The notes beneath the pieces are model-generated. The model searched no databases, had not been told where the DNA came from, and worked only from the letters and a program-made list of their open reading frames with translations. Below, piece by piece: positions 38,194 through 49,900 of a stretch of DNA of 64,000 bases. Location of the stretch: contig CM082589.2 of the NCBI GenBank assembly GCA_040954595.2, positions 6,879,186-6,943,185 of the forward strand. Reading direction: 5' to 3'. The translations under genes were made by a program, and so were the position numbers. Every line of letters starts with the position of its first letter. Position 1 is the stretch's first letter. This DNA is from Balanoglossus misakiensis. Taxonomy: Eukaryota; Animalia; Hemichordata.

Positions 38194-39527
38194 TTCCTCG
38201 ACAAATCACATGAAAAAAACAATTTTGTACATGTACATGTGGATATTTTAATGCGGGTTCTAAGTATACTGTTTCAAGTTTCCCCAACACGCAATTCAAT
38301 TGTTGATCTGTCAACAAAATCATTTCGACGATATGTGAGCAATTTATAATCAACATATTATTCATTTATGGTGAGCAGAACAATACTATTGTATTACTTT
38401 TCATTTAACAGTTTTTGTATAAAGTACATGACAGGAAGTGTTAAGTTGTAAGGATGTGCCTTTGTTCATCTGGCTTTGTTTTTCAGAAGAGCTTGCTCAG
38501 GCAAGCATGGTATGCTTTTGTTCAGAAATTTATTGTTCTGAGATTTAAGCTCCATTTTATATATAACACATGGACAAAGTCCGATGGGAGAGTTGGCTCC
38601 ATCTTTCTATTTTCTTTTGACCAAAAAATCATTTGATGTAAACAGGCAGCTGTGAGTGGTGAAGAATGCCTTCAGCCAGCATTTTTCTTTCAGTTTTCTA
38701 AGAATCCCTGAGCTGACATTTTTTACTGTAGATAGCATATGGTGTCCCTCCTGTAAATATACATGCAAGTTATGTAATGTTTTACAAGTTTCCAGCATAT
38801 TTTAAATTTGTAAAATTTTTGTAGGTAGACATGTTTTAACTTGTGAAAAGTATATGTAAGATGTATAGAAAGTTGATATCTTATTTTACATGTAGTGAGA
38901 TATATAATGTATATAGGATCTGAAGTAAGACTACACCCAATTTTTTCACAAATTAGAGAAAATGTCTGGATCTGGAAGTTTTATCTTGTATAATCCATGG
39001 GACTGTGATTTTACATTTGACTGCACAAAGTACCATAACTAGGGGAGGGGAGGAGGGGGAGGGGTTTATGGTCAGTGAGTTATTATAGCCCAATTTATCA
39101 CAGGCAATTTACAATCCTAAATAAGACAATTTCATTTGAGTCTTGATAGACACCAGTTTTTCAAAATGAATATCGCGTAACTGTGTCATTTCAATGCAGA
39201 GTTAAAAGTTTCTTGAAACGTTTTACTGCCTTTATCTGTAGCAATTGGTAGCCATGTTGGTCTTATTGAGTGACAACGTAAAAACTTGTGTAAAAAAATG
39301 AATTTATTTACTCATATTTATCTCATGTCATTTGCAAGCAGTGCTTTTTTACAAATAAAATATTTAATTGAAACTATTATTTCATTTTGTTGTCTCTATC
39401 TTATAGTATGTGCTTCAGAGGAGTTTGTTATTAATGGTATAAAGGAAAGATTGTATAAAAACAAAGGAATGTGTGTTGAGGATAGTGAGGGCGTTTTGTC
39501 TGAAGGTCACAAGTTGATAGCAACTCC

Positions 39528-39613
39528 CAATCTGATTAAAATCAGATGTAGGGAACGGCGACAGCATAAAAAAACCAAGTCGCCGTTCCCTACATCTGAT
39601 TTTAATCAGATTG
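39528..39613. mobile_element. 86-bp foldback MITE with perfect 35-bp TIRs and a 9-bp TSD (Mutator-like)
   Basis: CAATCTGATTAAAATCAGATGTAGGGAACGGCGAC (39528-39562), a 16-nt loop, then its exact reverse complement (39579-39613). Direct repeat AGCAACTCC at 39519-39527 and 39614-39622. Confidence 0.92.
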
Positions 39614-40527
39614 AGCAACTCCTGGCTTAGGGTGGTGGAGATATCTAGTTCGACAGAGGACAGCATTGATTGATTGGCGGTCCCAAGAGGCCTTGTCTGT
39701 TGACTTAGTTGAGGCAGACATTGCAAGCTGTGCTTGTAATTGGTGATAGACATTTTGGAGACTAGACATATAAGTCGTTATGCAACACTGCAATAACCAA
39801 ATCAAATTGTGGGGTTTCTGAAACAACATGTACATGCATATCCATCCACCAGTGATGGAGAACTTTCGAAGAGTCGCAGTCCAGACATTTTGTGGTTTAA
39901 TTGGGTACGTCATGAATCTTGTACCAGGATTCAACATGAAGATACACAGAAACTATATTAGAATCAGTGAAGTTTTTTTTATTATTTGTAATTAGAACTA
40001 ATTTTGATTACAGATGACAATGTGAAGGTGGAAATGGCAGAAAGAAATGCAATACACAGACAGAAAACTGCTACTACATTAACTCTGTATTCCTTGCCGC
40101 TTTCCAAGTTTGGCATTTTTTCTCCCGACATTCATGTATGTTTGATCTGATGGTCCCTCTTGTGAGCTTGATAAACAAATTCCATATTTACAAGGATTTT
40201 AATTCATTTTTTTTCATTATTTTTCCCCTGCGTATATGGATACAAGACATTTCATAAATCATTCAAATAAAGTACCCTCTGTCATATTGACAAGACTATT
40301 TATTTTTATAATCTGAAATACAAGGCATCTTGTTTGAAAGCTGCAGTGTGAAGTTGGACTCTTCTATATTTTTCTCCTCTCTTTTTTTGTGATTTACACC
40401 AATGCTACATTTTGGTATTATCGGATACTTATAATATATCATTTGGGTTGTGCATGGGGTCAAAATGACAGATGGTAATTTATTGCAAAAAAAAAAAAAA
40501 AAGACCTTCAATATAGGTTTCACTTAA

Positions 40528-40733
40528 AAGTATACGGTCACCTCCAATTTGCATACGTGTAAAGCCCATAGGCCTATATGGCAGAAATGTCCAATTTGAG
40601 TGTTCAAAAGAACAAATGGTGGCGCTCTTTTTTTCGCGTGTGCCACCCACTGAAAATCTGAGATTGGCTAGATCTCAATTTGCCATGGTAACTGTAGCTA
40701 TATTTGCATGCATGCATGGGTGACCGTATACCT
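40528..40733. mobile_element. MITE with TTAA TSD (Kolobok-like)
   Basis: TTAA-AAGTATACGGTCACC...GGTGACCGTATACCT-TTAA (TIR 14/15). A diverged relative appears at about 50770-50908. Confidence 0.8.
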
Positions 40734-40900
40734 TTAATGTTGATGACAAGAAGAGAAAAAGTCGAAATAGGTTATTTTTTTAAGAGTGGACCTCTCATCT
40801 TGCATACACTCATACCCTGTCAAAGCCAACCAATTACTAACTCCAAGCCTTCACTTGGTCGGTCACACAAATTTGGCATGTACATGGAATGGCATCGGTC

Positions 40901-41064
40901 ATACACCCTTTTCATAAGTCTACCGCCCTCACACAGCCATCCTGAATTTAAACTCAGAGCGAGGCCAATGGGGAAAAGTTGACCAATCACACCAAGGGTG
41001 TTTCACTTTGACTTCAAATTCACGATGGTTGTGTGAGGGCGGTAGACTTATGCAGAGGGTGTAT
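40901..41064. mobile_element. MITE-like element with ~49-bp imperfect TIRs
   Basis: ATACACCCTTTTCATAAGTCTACCGCCCTCACACAGCCATCCTGAATTT (40901-40949) matches the reverse complement of 41016-41064 at about 45/49. No TSD is clear. Confidence 0.75.
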
Positions 41065-43978
41065 TGAGGCACAGTCTCGAATGCAGATTCATCTTTCTCA
41101 TTGTGGACACCTCACCACAGTCATTTCCTTACTCCCACTGTGAGGGCGCTATACAAGATAGGCTTGCCTCACTGATGGATGAAAGAACTAACAATGTGCG
41201 TGGTTTTGTTTCCACAGTTTCGGTTGAAAAGTCAGACCTGCAAGCGAGTTTGTAAGTGTGAAAACATTTCCTTGGCACACATCTTTACACTGAGCATACA
41301 CGCTTGTGAAAAGAGAGAATGTAAGACTCATTTATTTTCATATTTAGAAGGAAAAAAAAAGTTTTTAAGTTTCATATTGTAATTTTAAAGTTCTGTGATT
41401 ATCTTGACCGTGAAAAAAAAATCCAGTTGACCCAAATGTGAATGACAGCACTGGATCCAATTGGGGGTTACCCAAATGACATACCAAAGTGACGCAACAG
41501 AATGGAGAATTTATGTAGAGATTCTATATTTGCCTTCATTGTGCCTAGACATGGCACGCCATTACTTCTCAGAGGAGCGCCCTCTAAGTCATACTTGAGT
41601 TTCATTGTCAAATCAGAACGAAGCATTCATCCAATTGTGACTCCTTAATAACATTAATGACCGTTTTGATAATTATTTTTTTTTTTCAAATGATTTACGC
41701 ATCGGACAAAGCAGTGCATTTGGGGAAGAACAAAGTGCCTCCTCCAACATGTAGTATATAAACTGTACATCTATAGGAAAGAGTTATAAAGAGAAAAAAA
41801 GCCAATTTTTTAAGGATTTGTTGAATTGAAAGACATTATCGACAGTGTGTCAGATGCTGAGGTCGATCTGACCACACTGCGTTCATGCAAAGCATTCATT
41901 ATTTTTATTTTTCAAAACTGTTTAACCAGTGGCAGTTACCAGACTGATTTGCAGCGTAAAAATAAACGTCCCACACAGAGCGAGAATGATCATAAATCTG
42001 GTAACTATAGAGACCGAGTTACTAAAACTTGGAATGTTAGATAACAACCTTTTCCCTAGACTAAGCTAGTTAGCTATGGCATAGTTGTAGAAGGATAATC
42101 TAAACCAATACTTGCTACATTAAAAATCTTGTAATAATAAATAGTGTTCTCTACAACTTTACTAGTATTTTAAACAATTTAACTTGGGGGTGGGGGAGGG
42201 AGGGAGGGGAAATGCAGCAAAACTTAGCCTTTCCATGACTTGGCAAAAAACTGTAATATGAAAGTTTCTGTACAAAAGGGTGACTCATTCATAATGATCG
42301 CATTTGGCACATATAAAAAACTACACTATATATATATATACAGGAATGAGAAGCCCCAGAAAAAAGGGAAAAGTCTTGCTAGTAATATCAAATTTTTTAT
42401 ATGATCGAATACTGCACATAAAAGAAATACTGAGGGTGAAACAACTGCAGAACTTCGGACTATTTGCACAATCATTTTTGTGGGGCCTTATGGATGCAGA
42501 TTAGCCCAGCAGGTGAAATGGTCTGACGTATTCAAATCTTGAAGCCACAGGTAGCAATTTGCATATGCTAATTACAGTTGAAAGGTCAGTTGTATGCAAG
42601 TACATTGGGGTTTTCCCTCTCAAGGCTAGGTTGACTGACCGTCATCTGGACAATTTTGGCAATTCTCTTTTTGGCTTTTCTGTTGGTTGAGCAGATGACC
42701 ATGATGAGCTCAAAATTGAAAAAAAAAAATCCATCCACCATCCTGAAGTGACTTTCCAATATATGTTAACATTACCTATAACGAGCAAAACAAGTTCTCA
42801 AGTATTTCAAAGTGTAACTGCATAAATTTGCATTCTGCCATGGTGATAGACTCATTTGCGGGAGACCTTTGACCCTTCATGCACTACACACCTGATTGGT
42901 TTAAATTGTGTGAATCCAGAGGTGATGTCACTTGTAATTTGCATACAACAAAATGGCCGCCCTCCTTTCACTGATGTGTTTCAAGAATGTGATGAAATCT
43001 AGACATTTAACCACCAGCTGTTTGATAGAGCAAAATTGATCGTGATACAAATTTCATCAGAATGATTGCAAAAGAAGAGTTGTGTAACAAGAATCATCCT
43101 TGTGACAGGTGATAGCTATAAACTTTTGTGACAAGTCGTCTGATCTCACCTTTTACAGGTTGAAGTGGAAAATATAAAAACTGAGCAAGAGAAAAGGAGT
43201 CAAATGGAGTTATCATCCAAACCTGACTCGCAATATTTCATTGAACATTCAAAATATCCTGATAGAGATTTCATCTGTTAAGGAGGATGGTATTTGACCC
43301 AACCAAAACAAACAAACAAACTTACAATTATTGTTAGTGACGTCAATCAACCATTTAATCCCCTGGGTCCATCTTCACCATAGAAAACTGAGGTCTGGAC
43401 CAAAGCCACATTATTGAGAGGGGGTAGAAATTTTGATTATGCTGTACCTGAAAAAAATGTGAATTGTTAAAACTCTTTTTGTTGTAAGCCCAGAAAGCTC
43501 AACTTGGTACATGGTCTCTGATGGCACATCTCAGACCAGCTGGCTTTAGTTAAATACACTGAGTGGTTACCATGGTTATTGGCTTTTATGATAGTTCTGC
43601 TCCTTTCAGACACAAGCATGGTGACTGCTGAAACTTTTTTTTTCACACTTAAGAATGCGCAGGGTTTCACGTGGTGGTTTTAAAGGGCCTATATTAATCG
43701 GGGCTGTTAACGAAAGTGACAATACATTGGTACTGAAGCATTTGCACATCGTAATAGTCTGACATTTAAGGAATGTACCGAAATGCAAAAAAAAAAGACA
43801 AGAAAAGAATCAAGTACTCTCCAACTACAAAGATGATAGGTTGTAAAAAACCAACAAAATAACAAATTACTGGTTTTCCCCCAAAACAACTCAAAAAGAT
43901 TTTGGAATGTTTTGAAGTATAAAAAAATGATAGTCCCTGCAATGTGATACAAATCATTTTCGACTCTTTTTTTTTTAT

Positions 43979-46900
43979 TCACTTGTAATCCTTGGATTTT
44001 GGCAATTGCATTCCCGAAGGTCTTCCTCCTCCTCCGCCCCGTGATGATCTGGTGTCCATGGCAACCACACCCTTCCCCGCCACTGCTGACGACTTGCCTG
44101 GTTCTTTAGGGTTGACGTATTGCATAGCTAGTGAGCTGGGCACTTTCGATGGAGCCAGACCGCGCGAGAATTTACTCTGCGAGGCCGGCGACGTGGCGCC
44201 GCTGGCCCTTGGCGTAAATGATGACGACTTGGTTTCGTGGTGTCTTCGTGGTGAATGCTTGGCGTGTGATAGATCGGGAGAGGTGCTGGCAGATCCTGAC
44301 TCCCCCCGTGGACCCCGGCTCATGTATCGTGATGGTGACCGCAGCTTGGAGCCCCCTGTTGTGTGAGGTCGACAAAAAAAGAGAAAATATTACGGCTTAA
44401 ACTTCTGCAGTTCATAAATATGGTAGACAACTTGACAATTAATCCCACCTTCAATAGTTTCAGATAACAAGTCATTGCCAATGACATTTCACATTTTAAT
44501 CCATGTTTGAAGAAATCAGTCAAGGAAATCGGTATCAAAATGGCCGTCTGGCAGCCACATTGGAACATGTTGCAGTGCAAACTCACATGCATATAGATGT
44601 ATGCACCACATTACAATTTCCTTGGCCCAAGTTTTGAATTAAATAAGACATGACAAATTCACAGGTAATCTACCATCACGTCATGACAGAAATTAAAAGA
44701 GCACCTGCTGTTCAAGCATTATAAACTGTAATGGCTCATGAAATTGGAAAAAAAAGATGGCCGCCAGCATGAAATTGATGGGAGGGCTGTTTGAGTGATC
44801 TAGTGGCTTCGTGACAAGATTGAGCAAAGACTGCAGACAAGAAGAAGTGGAACGCAACAGCTATACCAGTCGGCCATGTGTATCATGAAATGGAATGACA
44901 AGCTTTTGTCCCCACCCCGTCCATGTAAGCACAAATGGAACCCGATAACTAGCTCCACCAAACTATGCATGGTAGTTACTGATAACCCTTGCCACCTAAT
45001 GACCTTTGAACTTTGAACCCCCGCGATCTATGACATTGTGCGGGGGTGGGGGTGGGGGATTCCCACAGTTCCAAGAAATTCCAGAAAATGACAACTACAA
45101 TGTACCTCTCGAGGGCCTCTGGGCTGGGAAGGTTGAGACAGGTGGGCACCCTTAACTTTGCATTTGCTGACCCGATGAACTGTGGGAGAGAACAGTTTTG
45201 TTTGGTTGGTTGGTTGTTTTGTTGTTTTGTTTTTTTCCCACACAATAATTAGTGAATTAGTACATTCTGGCCCACACCTTAGTAACCATGGTTTATTATT
45301 GTTTTGTCTTTTCATGCAAAGATGAGATTCACTATTGTACACTATACTGCTATGTGCTAAAAGAACAACAAACACCACACTATTATTCAAATTTATGAGG
45401 ACATATGTCACCTTTGTTGGTCAAAGTTTATACGTCACTCACAAAAACAGCCAATGCTAGTTGTTGGAACACACCAAAATACAGCAACGTGTATCAAAAT
45501 GCAAACCTCCACCCAAAATCTTGTAACTTGTGCGGGGAAACTTAAAGGAAGTAAGAAAATACCAAATCCCATGCTAATATTATAAATACCACAATATGAA
45601 GCATATGAAAAAACAAAAACAAAAGATTTTGTCTATTTATTGTTGAGGGTGCATAGATATTTTTACTCCAAGAAAAATGATGTTTGTATAACACACTGGG
45701 GTACAGTGTAGTTTGAAAAATGACTTAGACAATGCCACTGGTTCCAATGATGGTTTTTATATGTTCAAACCTCCCTCCACAATACAAGACAACGAATCTT
45801 TGGTTTATGTACAGTGCAAACTGTGCCTGATTTAAGAGCACTGGTTGGTCATACCTGAGTACGCATGTCTGGTTGTCGTGGTGGTGGTCGTCTGGTGACT
45901 CCGCCTCTGCACGGACGGCGACATGGAGATGGACATCTCGGCTCGCTCCGACCTCTCGATGGGCTCGATGGTGACCCTCGACTCCACCGTCCCTTCCGTC
46001 CGATCGCGGTTCTCCGGATCCAGAGTCAGTTTCATCTCCACGCTTTTCTTCTCTGAGCTTTTCTGTTTGTCGTAGGTCACCTTGGAGTGGATGACCTTCT
46101 CCGTCTTCTCCCGGGGTCGATCCTCCTCCTCCGCGGCGGCTGACGGCGCCGGCAGATTGTCGCCGAGCGTCTCCCACGAGGGCTCCACCGTCAACCTCAT
46201 CTCGATCATCCGCTCCGATTTCTCCATGGGCTCCACGGTGACCCGCGACTGAATAGTTCTGTGGTCGATATCCATCTGCTCCTGCGACCAGCTTTTGTGC
46301 TCCTCGGGATTCACTTCAAAGCCGGACTCAACCCTCCTGCCAGAGTCCGCGAAGTCCGATCTGTTCTGCTTCGATCTCGACGACACTACGCTTATAGTCC
46401 TCTCCGATTTCACCCTCGCGTCCTGAATTATTTTCGCCGGTCTGTCTTTCGGCTTGACAGTAAGTTTTGTTTCGCTTTTCCCCCGCGTACTGGTGTGCGA
46501 CGAGCGCGTGAGGCTGCTCACGGCGTACTTGGCGTCCTTCTTCGACGACCCGTTGGCCTGGTGGCCCCGCCCGCCGACCTCCGACCTCTGCGTCCCCTCC
46601 ATCCGGGCGTCCCCGCCTTTCCCCGCCTTCTCCGCGGTTTTTGGCACAGTAACCATGGCGACCCGTTTCCCCAGCGGCGGGAGTCTGGTCTTGGAGGTAG
46701 ATGTCGTTGGTAGTGGTTCTAAACTAGACAGTCCCCGATCGGCGGCGGATCCGACGTCCATATTGGATTCGTTCGCCGTCAACGCTCCCGTCTCATTCTG
46801 GAGTTTCTGCTCTTTGTTTTCCCTGAGAATTTGCTGCCAACTGTTTTTGTTCATAAAGAGGTTATTGCGCATTAACTGGCTGAGTGCAGACGGTATCAGT

Positions 46901-49900
46901 CGTTCCCATTCCCGAAATAACGGTTCCACCACGTAAGCTATGAATCCTGCAGTGAAAGGAAAAATGTGCATTTTTTCATGAAAATACAGACATTTCCAAG
47001 AACTTAATTCTCAAGACACTGAAAGTACACACCACCCAGTCTTCCTGACCTGGATTAATAAACCAGATTTTGTCTCATACATAACAAATGCCCTCCTTTG
47101 TGATCACTACACAAATTGCATAAAATATACATGATCATCCATGTCTGTGCCTTAAGGTAGATTACTCAAATCTACACAGTGTCTCACAGTCACAGAATGA
47201 ATATTCCTAAAACCAGGCTTAATAAATGAAACATTCCATAGACTGACAGGTCAGCACAGAAATCTACAAATTCATCTGATTCTTTCAAACTTAAATAGAT
47301 AACTGCTCCCTAGGTCAGTGATAAAAATCTTGTGTAGTCTCTCAGACATTCAATATATTACTGGAATTTTACAGAATAGACAGAATCTATTTTTTTTTCT
47401 GAAGGTTTTGCTAGAAAAATATCAAGAATCAGAAATTAACTTTAGATGAGAACTTTTGGCAGTTGTATGAGATGAAATGCATGCTAAATGGTGGTAATTC
47501 TTTACCCATAATGCAATTCAGTATTCTGTGATATGACTCCCTAGCATGTGTAAAAAGGCACTGACCTGCTTGTATGTCTGCCACTGTCACTTTATACTTG
47601 TCACAGTTTGGCGTGATGGGAAGTTGTAAACGACGTTCGACATCACCTAAACAGCAAAAGAAAACACAGTTAATGATTTAGAACACAAAAAAGAACACTC
47701 TGCATTTTTCATGAAATAATCGATGCTGGAAAAAAAATTTCAATGATTTACCTTGCTGAAAGAACTCCTCACAAACCCGTTGGCTCCACTTTTTGCTTGT
47801 TTTCCATACCCTACACGGATTACATATATCTGCACATTTCAAAGCAATCTATCAGAGCAAAAAAAAATTAGTTGAAATTAGCCAAGCGATGATGAAACAA
47901 GATGCCAAACTCAAAGCCGATTTGTCCGGTGAAATCCTGACATTTCTACTGCCCTCTGCAGCATAAAGACAAAAATTATGCTGACGCAAAGTGACAAGAT
48001 GACAACATCCGAGTCTAGCTAGACTATAATACCATGGATTTTTTGCTCCTGGGGAAGGCTATTAACGCGGGATTAACAGGTACCCTTCAGGGGGTACTTT
48101 TGGAGGGCTTAAAATGAAATATACATGGCCTGCATGATCACTCCACAAGACAAGACTTGCCCAGTATTTGCTGATGGCTGTTGCCTAAATCCTAACATAC
48201 TTGTCTCATCGTTGTCTTCTGCCTGGACTCTTTTCTCAGGTGATTAGTTTGTTCAACTGATGCTGAACAATTCAATGAAGTCTGCCCTTTCATATACAAT
48301 ACACACATCATACCTTTTTCGCCCTGACACAAAATGATCCCTGAGCCAGCTACCCTCACGCTATCTGGAAATTTCTTTCATTTATCAGACTGGCACAATT
48401 CAGAATTAAAATTGAGTGTCACCGTGTCGAATCAGCAAAATTGTCTCAATTTGAGATTCAAAATGGCCGCCATCTCCATGTTAACATCATGAAAAAAATA
48501 CAGTACATATTTTTTTTTAAAAACAAGATGGTGAACACTCTTTGTCTTTGTTTATTTTCAAAAGGACCCCTCACACTCTATAATTAGTATCAAAAACGGT
48601 TGGTGGACTATCATTTATTTTTGAAAATCTGTCCCTGAAGCACATATCTTAACTGACACCTACCTGGAGTAAAAAATGCCTGTGTTCTGCATTTGAAAAG
48701 TCCAAATCACTGGCATCAAGGTGTTTCTATAAGGTAACACACATCAACAAAAAGATGTTACAGAGACATGTAAGGTGGATGTCGGGGTAAGTCTGGTTTC
48801 ATAATATGGACATATGATGTGAGCATCACAGGTTAGTTAAAATGTAGTCTTGTACATGTTCACCTAGCCCGGAGACCAGGCTAGAATACAACGCCCGGGG
48901 ACAGTCGAGAAATTTCCTGCTGAGCTGAAAGATAGTAGCCCTGGCAACGATCAGGGTCGCTTAGTAACGAATGGATAACGAGTGATCTATCAAATGTTGA
49001 CGGGCGCCAGTGGTTGGATGACAAAGCTTGGGTATGAATATTCATACACCTTCAAAACCACTCCCACATCCCCTCGAGGGAATTTCCCACATGACTCCAC
49101 CTCTATTTCCTTATTTAGAATGCGATGATGTTATTTGGTTTACATTGAGTGACCAATTAGCTTACACACAAGATTTACCACCCGTGTCGTTCTACGCACA
49201 GAATTCGGTGCGTAAATAGAGACTGTCCCCGGGCGTTTCTTTTCCCCTACTACGCCCTGGTCTCTGGGCTAATGTTCACCATACAAACTTAGATTTTCTT
49301 ACTGAAAGCTACACCTGTTTTCCATACCCTACACGGACTATATACATGTACATCTGCACGTTAGTGACCCTATCTAAGGTTTCTAAGATTTCATCATACT
49401 TTACCTGAAATCTTGTGAGAAATTCTTGTTGTCTAGTGATATCTGTGGCTAGGATAAGTGATTTGATTTGCCATTCCAGCTCGGCTTTGACTTCAGGTTT
49501 GAAATGATCAACCAGTCCCGTTTCATTCAAGACGGCTACCGCTGACCTCCAATGGTGGTTTTCCAGAACAGACGTGTTCTGCAGGAAGGAAAGTAGGGAA
49601 ACCCCTTTAAATTCAAAGTCTTCAGCTTTTAGAACCCAGATATAAACACAATGTTACAGCTAAAATGAGACTTTTCAGATATGAATATACAGAATTGTCC
49701 AATCACAATTGGAACCATCAGAAAATAAACAAAGAAAATAGAGCGTTCACATGCTGTTAACATGGAGATGGCGGCCATTTTGAATCTCAAATTGAGACAA
49801 AAGGTATACATGTACTAGACCCCTCTTTCATTAGCAAAATAGCTGATTGGGTCAGGGATCCGAAGTAGACAGTCATGTGACTTCCGATATCAAATAGGTG

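Noticed and set aside
39042-39064. G-quadruplex-capable G-runs (also 42186-42209)
   Set aside because: Short low-complexity tracts with no supporting context.
39286-39753. ORFs on both strands sharing NLIKIRCRERR
   Set aside because: A consequence of the perfect inverted repeat of the MITE.
45725-46936. Several long alternative-frame ORFs over the large PDE7 exon
   Set aside because: Expected in GC-rich coding sequence; no independent splice or homology signal.
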